Shown here piece by piece: positions 57,156-64,000 of a DNA stretch of 64,000 nt (its first letter is position 1; each line of letters starts with the position of its first letter). The notes beneath the pieces were generated by a model. It was not told the DNA's origin and did no database searches. It saw only the letters and a program-made list of their open reading frames with translations. This DNA is from Candidatus Obscuribacteraceae bacterium (GTDB lineage: Bacteria; Cyanobacteriota; Vampirovibrionia; Obscuribacterales; Obscuribacteraceae), in contig JBGAHS010000007.1 in NCBI GenBank assembly GCA_044226015.1, forward strand, positions 513,090-577,089, written 5' to 3'. The position numbers and the translations under genes are program-made.

Positions 57156-57360
57156 TCTAGATTTCCACCGCCTCTGGCTTTCTACTTGTCTCTCTTCCCA
57201 CCCATCTCTAGTTTCCACTTGTCCCTTGTTTCCACTTGTCTCTAGTTTCTACTTGTCTCTAGTTTCTACTTGTCTCTAGTTTCCACTTGTCTCTAGTTTC
57301 CACTTGTCTCTGGCTTTCCACTTGTCTCTGATTTTCCACTTGTCTCTCTTGCCACACGTC
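57156..57360. repeat. Intergenic 17-18-bp tandem repeat array (~12 units, consensus TCTAGTTTCCACTTGTC)
   Basis: Six contiguous 17-mers at 57207-57308, two 18-mers to 57344, degenerate units at both ends; no spacers. Confidence 0.95.
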
Positions 57361-57397
57361 GTTCCCCTCTGACTCTCCTTCTCCTAATGAGCATAAA

Positions 57398-57976
57398 ATG
57401 CAGAATACTCATAGATTGATACGCCGAACAGCCACAATGGGAAGCCGGGATAAAGCTGGCAGTTCAATAATTGAACTTGTGTTAGGTCTGTCTGCGATGG
57501 TACCACTTCTGCTGTACTCGCTAGATGTACTTCTGCTGCTTTTATCTCTGACGATGACTAACTCGCTAGTGAACGCTGCTTGCAGATTGGCGGCAAATGG
57601 ACAACCTGCTAACTTTGCTAGCGTCCATACTCATGAACCTGTGAGCAAATACGATGGACCGTACAAGCGCGCTGAAGCTGTGCTAAAGACTGCTGGCTCT
57701 GGTATCATCGAGATTGATCCTCATCTGGATGTAAGCGAGTCTATTTCGGCACCGCTACCAAGTTTGCCACGTGGTGGCAATGTGCATGGTGCTGTTCGTG
57801 TGAAAATGACTGCATTCGTGCATCTACCTGTTCCCCTCCCTGGTGTGGGTGAAAAATTGCAGCTGCCACTGGAGCAAACACTTCCTTACACCTGGTCACT
57901 TGCGCCGGCTCCAGCACCCGAGGACAATGGAGCTAGCACAGACGATTCCGACGCGGAGTCTGACGAGAGCGCTTAA
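57398..57976 (+). CDS. TadE-like minor pilin
   Basis: KAG|SSIIE, TM helix, NAACRLAA motif. Confidence 0.75.
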   Translation: MQNTHRLIRRTATMGSRDKAGSSIIELVLGLSAMVPLLLYSLDVLLLLLSLTMTNSLVNAACRLAANGQPANFASVHTHEPVSKYDGPYKRAEAVLKTAGSGIIEIDPHLDVSESISAPLPSLPRGGNVHGAVRVKMTAFVHLPVPLPGVGEKLQLPLEQTLPYTWSLAPAPAPEDNGASTDDSDAESDESA

Positions 57977-57988
57977 CTGGTATATAAT
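57960..57988 (+). promoter_or_regulatory. Putative sigma70 promoter for the response regulator
   Basis: CTGACG-N17-TATAAT, 43 nt before the ATG. Confidence 0.6.
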
Positions 57989-58031
57989 GTCTGGTGGTTC
58001 AGTGTTAGATTGTGATTGACGAGAAATCACC

Positions 58032-58715
58032 ATGGCAAAAATCATTGTTGTTGAAGACGACTTTGCTCTTGGAACTATGGTTCAAACATGGTTGGAGAAT
58101 TCGCAGCATTCTGTTGAATTGGTAAACCGGGGCGATGATGCCAGTGCTTTGTTGCAGACCTATCTTTACGACCTGATTGTTCTTGACTGGAATCTTCCTG
58201 GCAAGAGCGGAGTCGAAATTTGCAGAGACTTTCGCAATGCGGGTGGGCAGACTCCTATTCTGATGCTTACATCAAAAGGCAGCATTGATGCCAAGGTCGA
58301 GGGGCTCTTCAGTGGCGCCGATGACTATTTGACTAAGCCTTTTGACATGAAGGAGCTAGCCGCCAGAGTGATTGCGTTGCTTCGTCGCAACTCAGTTTTC
58401 AAGCCTAACCGACTGGAGTTGGGGCAGATTGTTTTTGATAGTGTGGAGCATGTCGTGCTTATCGATGGCAAGCAAGTGCAACTTTTGCCAAAGGAGTATG
58501 CTCTTCTAGAATTGTTTTTGAAGCATCCGAATCAGTTGCTCAGTTCAGAGTTCATTCTCGAAAAGATCTGGACCTCAGAGAGTGATACTACTGCGTCAAC
58601 AGTTCGAGCGCACATGTACAATCTGCGAAAAAAATTGCAGAATGTCTCAAATCCGGTGATTGCCACCGTTCATGGCGCCGGCTATAGACTTGAGCTAGCC
58701 GGTAAAAAAGACTAG
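58032..58715 (+). CDS. OmpR/PhoB family response regulator
   Basis: VVEDD, VLDWNLP, GADDYLTKPF; winged helix with LRKKL and TVHGAGY. Confidence 0.97.
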   Translation: MAKIIVVEDDFALGTMVQTWLENSQHSVELVNRGDDASALLQTYLYDLIVLDWNLPGKSGVEICRDFRNAGGQTPILMLTSKGSIDAKVEGLFSGADDYLTKPFDMKELAARVIALLRRNSVFKPNRLELGQIVFDSVEHVVLIDGKQVQLLPKEYALLELFLKHPNQLLSSEFILEKIWTSESDTTASTVRAHMYNLRKKLQNVSNPVIATVHGAGYRLELAGKKD

Positions 58716-58772
58716 GCTTCTCTGACAAATCAATGTTGATGCATCTAGTGCTTAAATAGAAATTGCACTAGG

Positions 58773-58807
58773 AAAAGAAACGCCGGTCGCGTTGGGCGAC
58801 CGACGTT
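58773..58807 (-). terminator. Rho-independent terminator of the MshEN gene
   Basis: aacg-cggtcgc/gcgaccg-cgtt stem followed on the minus strand by TTTCTTTT. Confidence 0.75.
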
Positions 58808-58828
58808 GTGATGCCGTATAAGCTCGCG

Positions 58829-59959
58829 CTACTGTTTCGGAGGCGAAAGCAAGGACTTCAAATCGTCATAGAATTTCGAAGCTTTATCAAAATAGGAAGC
58901 TCTGTCTGGGTTAAGTTTTGCCTTTATGATATCTCCGAGCCTTGGTGCCTTGCCGTTGTTTTGCTCTCGTTGTTTCTGTTGTTCGGCAAGCGCTGCTGAG
59001 AGTTCATCTTGCGTCACCGCACCGCTTGCTACTAGAACTGAGCCCACACGTGGTGGTTTGTCGAGATCTTCCGCTTTCAATGAACCGGCTTTCAATTCTT
59101 TGCTAATGGCGGACTTTAGATTCTCTCTGAATGCTGCCATGTCCACATCGAGACCTGATGAGGCTTTCGCTTTCTCCAAGAGATCTAGAGGAGGTATTTT
59201 CGCATCAAGTGCTTTGTCTGCTGCCTGCTGTTGCTCAAGTGCGCGAGCTTCGTCTGCTTTGCGTTGAGCTTCTTGAGCTTCAAGTGCCTTCGCCTCTTCT
59301 GCTTTCTTTTGTGCTTCTTGGGCTTCACCGACAAGCTTTTTCTCTTGCTCCGCCATCATTTTATTCATATCGGCTTCAGTCCATCTTGCCGGATGGTCTT
59401 TGGTCGTATAGAAATGCCGAGGTTTACCGTCTTCGGTTTTCATCGTTTCGAAATCTCGATCGCGCATTCTGCGCGCTTCGTCTCGAATTTGTTTGTCATC
59501 GAATTTTGTTAGAGCTTTCTCTGCCTCGGTTAGCTCTTTGCCGGCTTTCGCCTTCGCCAGTGCTTCGTCTCTCTGCCTTGTTATGGCTTGGTATGGTCCA
59601 TCACCGCCGTTGAAGGAAATACTGAAATTTTGCGCGTCAAGGTCTTTTTTGAAAGCAGCCATTTTTGCGTCGAGGTCCTTCTGCACATCCTCAGGCAATT
59701 TGGCTTTGTCTGCGTTAGTCTCGCCCGGTTTTTGGTGATAAGTGTAAGGATCGGTCATCTCAATGCTTTGAGGCTGCGGCTGAACCTTGTCTTTAGCTGG
59801 GTCGGCGACCTTTGCTTTTTCATCAGGCTGGATTTTGTCTGCCTGATGGAATGCGTACATATCAGGTCGGCTGAGTGCCTCCACGCCTTGTGCCTGGAGT
59901 CTGTTATCGCCACCTTCTTCTTTTTCAGGAGGTGGTGAAGCTTTCTCAACTTTGTCCAT
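58829..59959 (-). CDS. Coiled-coil protein with a C-terminal MshEN-like (c-di-GMP-binding) motif
   Basis: RVGSVLVASGAVTQDELSAALAEQ...RLGDII; AGAGGA RBS; E/A/K/Q-rich coiled coil. Confidence 0.75.
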   Translation of the reverse strand: MDKVEKASPPPEKEEGGDNRLQAQGVEALSRPDMYAFHQADKIQPDEKAKVADPAKDKVQPQPQSIEMTDPYTYHQKPGETNADKAKLPEDVQKDLDAKMAAFKKDLDAQNFSISFNGGDGPYQAITRQRDEALAKAKAGKELTEAEKALTKFDDKQIRDEARRMRDRDFETMKTEDGKPRHFYTTKDHPARWTEADMNKMMAEQEKKLVGEAQEAQKKAEEAKALEAQEAQRKADEARALEQQQAADKALDAKIPPLDLLEKAKASSGLDVDMAAFRENLKSAISKELKAGSLKAEDLDKPPRVGSVLVASGAVTQDELSAALAEQQKQREQNNGKAPRLGDIIKAKLNPDRASYFDKASKFYDDLKSLLSPPKQ

Positions 59960-60062
59960 CTTGACATCCTCTCGGTCTGCATGAGATTCACTTTGACTAT
60001 TGTTCCCAAATTGTGCCCTTTCAAAACGATGAGAATTGTGCAGGGGTGGAACTCTCTGGCAC

Positions 60063-60180
60063 TTATCCTCAAACTCACCGTATATGGTGCTAGCTGATGT
60101 GATGCTGGTTGTGGTTTACAATAACCATATATGGTGCTACTGATGTGTGTCTGTTGTGAATAACAATTACCGTATATGGT
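60063..60180. promoter_or_regulatory. Three palindromic ACCRTATATGGT boxes interleaved with DnaA-box-like 9-mers
   Basis: Boxes at 60077, 60124 and 60169 (47- and 45-bp spacing, within a degenerate tandem duplication); TGTGAATAA at 60155-60163, TTATCCTCA at 60063-60071, TGTGGTTTA at 60110-60118. Confidence 0.6.
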
Positions 60181-60321
60181 TTCGTTTGCAACTGTTGTTT
60201 ATTTGCAGGTCTTATTCCTCCTTGAGTTATATAGGACTGCGGCGTTCGTTCTTGTCTTCAGCGCGTTGTGGTATTCCCACCTTGAAGAAATATAGTGATT
60301 CATGTTTGTTTGGGTTGTGTC

Positions 60322-60702
60322 TCATTCAGTCAGTGGCTCTTCTTGCACGAAAGTTAGCTTGTTGCCGAAAGGGTCGCTGATTGTTAGCTCAATTGCGCCC
60401 CAGGGTTTCTTTTCCGGGGCGCCGGGCTTCGCGTATTTGTAGTCTTTGGCTGAGAGTTCCTTTGCGAATTGGTCGAGGTCATCAACGCGAATTCGCAGTC
60501 CTCCTCCTGGCATTACGTCGCCATAGTGCTCTGATAGATGAATTCGGCAGTTTGAGTGAACGATACCCATGTACAGCGGAAAATTGTCGCCAAATCGATG
60601 TTCGAACTCGACCTGAAATCCAAGAAAGTCGATATAAAACTCACGTGCTTTGCCTTCGTCAAAACTGCGGAGTATTGGTGTAACTGATCCTAGTTTGGGC
60701 AT
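60322..60702 (-). CDS. VOC/glyoxalase-bleomycin resistance superfamily protein
   Basis: PILRSFDEGKAREFYIDFLGF...PWG...DPFGNKLTF. Confidence 0.93.
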   Translation of the reverse strand: MPKLGSVTPILRSFDEGKAREFYIDFLGFQVEFEHRFGDNFPLYMGIVHSNCRIHLSEHYGDVMPGGGLRIRVDDLDQFAKELSAKDYKYAKPGAPEKKPWGAIELTISDPFGNKLTFVQEEPLTE

Positions 60703-60809
60703 GTTTGCTCGCTTTGATGTCTCGTTTGGCTCGCAATCGGCTTAGATTACCCAAAAGAAACTAACAGGTTGGTAATGCTGCACATTTTATTATTTTGCGG
60801 ACTGCAAAA

Positions 60810-61937
60810 TCAATGAGAATAGTTACTAAATTTCAGATTTAGTCCGGCTGTTTTGAAAAGTCTATCTATGATGCGTTTTTCCTTTTCGTCCACTGCTCCA
60901 TCGATGAGTAATCTTCCATCTGGAAAATGGCTTTGCTTCATCTGTATCGGCGAGACCTCTGAATTAATCCACGCTAGAAGTGCATGAAAAGACTCTTTGG
61001 AGAATCGTCCCTCTTCAAAAATTACGTGTTCTTGATTGCAATCAAGAACCAGTTTCTTATTTTCTGTTGGTAAAAGCGAAAATAGATAAGCCACTGAATT
61101 CAGCTTTGTGAGCCTATCATTAAGTCCCTGTACGAATAGAACTGGAAGTTTTTTTATTTGCCGAGCCCTTGCTGGTGTTTTTGATATGTATCTGTATGTG
61201 CCAAGTGCTTCTTTGATGCTCAAGTCAATGTGGTGGTCTGGGTGGTTCAGCCAATGATCTTGCAAAGCGGGATCGCTCGATGCTCGGCGGACGATTGGCT
61301 CTGAAATAAACATGCGACGCGACCAGCGTCCAAATATGAGGCAAAGAAGTGCTTTGACGTTGACTGTGCCTTCTCCATTGAATCTCCATGTTGGTGTCGA
61401 ACAGATTAGACCACTAATTTCTTCCGGAAAACGTGAGGCGACATCAATTGCAATGCTGCCACCTAGCGATTCTCCAAGCAGGAAAACGGGTTCGCCTGGA
61501 TGAAGTTTGTGGATGTAAGCGAGTGCCTCTCGAATTTCATTCATCGCTGCTTCGAAATCAACGCTGTCTGCTGGTTTCCTCTCAGAAGCGCTGCCAAAGC
61601 CATGTATGCTCAAAGCAAAGGTTCTCAAACCTTGGGATGTTGCGTAATTGGCAAATTTATCAAAGTCTATTGCACTGAGACCTAACCCGTGAATGCAGAA
61701 GATGTTTGCTGTGGCCGCTATTTTGTTGTCATCCCAAATGTGTAGCTGACGGTTTCCGATCAAGGCGATCTTCTCAAATGACGATTTCTCCACGCTGGCT
61801 TCAAGAGGGGATGCGCAGTTTCCTGTTTGATGTGGAATTGAGCAGAGAAGCAACGATACAAGAAGAGCTGTACATGTGCTTCTCTTAGTGTTGATAGTTT
61901 CTCTCACATTGAATATCTTCAAATTAGGTTCGCTCAA
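60810..61937 (-). CDS. Alpha/beta hydrolase (lysophospholipase-like), probably exported
   Basis: HGLG, HGFG, GESLGG nucleophile elbow, QGLND, EH; start codon uncertain (TTG). Confidence 0.88.
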   Translation of the reverse strand: MSEPNLKIFNVRETINTKRSTCTALLVSLLLCSIPHQTGNCASPLEASVEKSSFEKIALIGNRQLHIWDDNKIAATANIFCIHGLGLSAIDFDKFANYATSQGLRTFALSIHGFGSASERKPADSVDFEAAMNEIREALAYIHKLHPGEPVFLLGESLGGSIAIDVASRFPEEISGLICSTPTWRFNGEGTVNVKALLCLIFGRWSRRMFISEPIVRRASSDPALQDHWLNHPDHHIDLSIKEALGTYRYISKTPARARQIKKLPVLFVQGLNDRLTKLNSVAYLFSLLPTENKKLVLDCNQEHVIFEEGRFSKESFHALLAWINSEVSPIQMKQSHFPDGRLLIDGAVDEKEKRIIDRLFKTAGLNLKFSNYSH

Positions 61938-61990
61938 AGACTATTGAAATTCTATTCCATTTAGTTCTGTTTGATTCAAATTCCAGATCA

Positions 61991-62205
61991 ATTCAGTTCA
62001 ATTCAATTCAGTTCAATTCAGTTCAGTTCAGTTCAATTCAATTCAGTTCAATTCAATTCAGTTCAGTTCAATTCAATTCAGTTCAGTTCAGTTCAGTTCA
62101 GTTCAGTTCAGTTCAGTTCAGTTCAGTTCAGTTCAGTTCAGTTCAGTTCAGTTCAGTTCAGTTCAGTTCAGTTCAATTCAGTTCAGTTCAATTCAATTCA
62201 GTTCA
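61991..62205. repeat. Pentanucleotide microsatellite (RTTCA)43
   Basis: 43 contiguous ATTCA/GTTCA units; degenerate pentamers extend left to ~61945. Confidence 0.97.
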
Positions 62206-62303
62206 GCCCCGCCCCGCCCAGTTCAATTTTCTTTCTTGTTTCCTTGCGATTCGACACATGAATCGGCGCGATTGCGAGACACTATATAATAGTTTACTGG
62301 GCG

Positions 62304-63875
62304 CTACTTGTCATTAACAGAGCGATGGACTGTGGCAAGATTTCTTTGCAGCAACTTCCTGAGTTCATCCAAAAGCACTATTGTCGGAGTACACAGGAAA
62401 ACAAAAAACAATTCTTGCTGACCGAGCGGAGCTGTGCTGAATATTCGATGGCAGGGTGGAAAGTACATTAATGTTGCTAGCAGTGCGATTTCAAAAATGA
62501 CTCCGTAAATAATTAGTTTATTGTCAAAGAGTGCTTGAGAGAAAATTGATCTGATTTGAGTTCTGCAACAAAATACGGCACCAATTTGGCTTGCTACTAT
62601 ACATGCCATTGTCATTGTCGTGGCTTGCTTCCATACGAGTGTTCCTGATACCGCAAGTGGTGCATGCGGCCAGCCGTGCAGTGAATTCAAATAGAAGTAG
62701 CCGCTCATTCCTGCGATGGACTCAATTCCTCCGTACCAGAGTAATGCTCTGGCAAGCAAATCCATTGATAAGAGTGGTTTGCTCAGCGAACGAGGTGCTC
62801 TAGACATTACGCCATCTTCTGTTTGATCTGCGCCGAGTCCAATCGCGGGTAGCATGTCTGTTCCGAGGTCTATTGCAAGAACCTGCATCATCGTTAAGGG
62901 TAAAGGAATCAATCCTATTGAAAATAGCATAACCATGAATGGAACAGCCTCAGCCATGTTGCTATTGAATACGTAAATGGAGAACTTCTTGATGTTATCG
63001 TAGACTGTTCTGCCTTCCTCAATTGCATTGACGATCGAAGCAAAATTGTCATCGAGCAAAATCATGTCGGCGGCTTCTCGGGCAACATCAGTTCCCTCCT
63101 TTCCCATTGCAACGCCTATGTCCGCTTTCTTCAAAGCGGGCGCATCGTTCACTCCATCTCCAGTAACTGCGACTATTTTTCCGCAGCATTGAAAAGCTTT
63201 GACGATTCTGAGCTTGTGTTCCGGTGAAACTCGAGCAAAAATCATCTGCTCAGACATCATCTCCACAAGCTCTTGATCTGACATGTGGTCTAGCTGAAGT
63301 CCTGTCAGAACGTTTGCCTCCGGTCCATCAAGGATGCCCACTTTGCGTGCTATGGATTCTGCTGTGACTTCGTAATCGCCAGTGATCATAACAATCTGAA
63401 TTCCTGCTTCACGACATTTTTTGACCGCGCCTGGTACCTCTGCTCGAGGTGGATCAAACATCGCAAACAAGCCAAGAAAGCATAGTTCACGTTCAATCTC
63501 TTTCGAATTTAAGCTCTCGGCTGAAACAGGACATTTCTTTGCGACAGCAATAACTCGAAGTCCCTCTTTTGCGTATGAGTTAATTTGATTGTGGATGGAG
63601 TTTCGTATTTCGTCAGTTAAAGGATATCGTTGGTCGTCCTGAGCAAAGTCTGAGCAGAGCTCCAAGATGATCGCCGGAGAACCTTTAACAAATGCAATTA
63701 GCGTTGTGTCTTTTGCAGCTATAGTTTTCTCGGCATGTATAGTGCTCATTCGCTTTCGTTGAGAATCGAAAGCATTCTCGTGGATGCGCGGGTACAAAAT
63801 ACTCTCGGCTGATGAGCTGACACCCAGTTGATACGCTGCACGCAGTAACGCGGTCTCGGTGTATCCGTCCGCCAC
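62304..63875 (-). pseudogene. Cation-transporting P-type ATPase (type II), 5'-truncated
   Basis: Has TETAL, FDSQRKRMS, KGSP, DPPR, MITGD, TGDGVNDAPAL and the C-terminal TMs, but no TGES, TM1-4 or DKTGT. The 125 nt upstream has stops in all three frames and no ATPase similarity. Confidence 0.8.
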
Positions 63876-63909
63876 GGGACGTGGTTGTTAACCTCCGTGA
63901 AAATATGAG

Positions 63910-63929
63910 ATCACTATTGTGTTAGTGAT
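63910..63929. promoter_or_regulatory. Palindromic operator-like site
   Basis: ATCACTA-N6-TAGTGAT perfect inverted repeat. Confidence 0.4.
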
Positions 63930-64000
63930 ACTGAGTTTGTGATGATTGACAGTTTGCTAAGTGATGAAGCTCGTGGCTTTCTTCCAACGATCCGGAAGGA

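Noticed and set aside
57156..57360. Possible CRISPR array
   Set aside because: Units are contiguous 17-18-mers with no unique spacers, and there are no cas genes in the window.
60077..60180. Possible mini-CRISPR (three repeats ~46 bp apart)
   Set aside because: The intervening sequences resemble each other (degenerate tandem duplication) and the conserved core is only 12 bp.
61991..62205. Ruminant (AACTG)n SINE-tail contamination
   Set aside because: Flanks are bacterial genes, no SINE body follows, and degenerate pentamers blend into the local sequence.
61971..62261. 96-aa QFSSV-repeat ORF
   Set aside because: It is simply the translation of the microsatellite; no RBS or coding signal.

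Overview
Bacterial chromosomal window. Gene style (eukaryote-like Ser/Thr kinases, orphan Tad pilins, a giant Gly/Ser/Thr-rich exoprotein, a cyanobacterial-type GT39) suggests Melainabacteria/Vampirovibrionia such as Obscuribacterales; this is inference only. From left to right: (1) a decaying defence/conflict region at 1-7.5 kb with a DUF3800 pseudogene preceded by an intact structured small RNA, a broken AbiEi/AbiEii pair, an HExxH orphan, a DUF4240-like fragment and a SWIM + DUF6493-like pair; (2) an RND efflux operon; (3) a secreted Zn-phospholipase C-like gene; (4) an exported oxalate decarboxylase divergent from FdhF/YdeP + FdhD; (5) a three-glycosyltransferase + secreted adenosine deaminase operon divergent from a ~4800-aa adhesin-like gene with a structured leader; (6) a cluster mixing Tad minor pilins, two Ser/Thr kinases, a PAS histidine kinase, an OmpR regulator and an MshEN protein; (7) several unusual non-coding repeats (17-bp array, NrdR/DnaA-like boxes, 43-unit pentamer microsatellite) and a 5'-truncated P-type ATPase. 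I saw no tRNA, rRNA, CRISPR array, integrase or transposase. All family calls come from motif recognition by eye; no searches were run.
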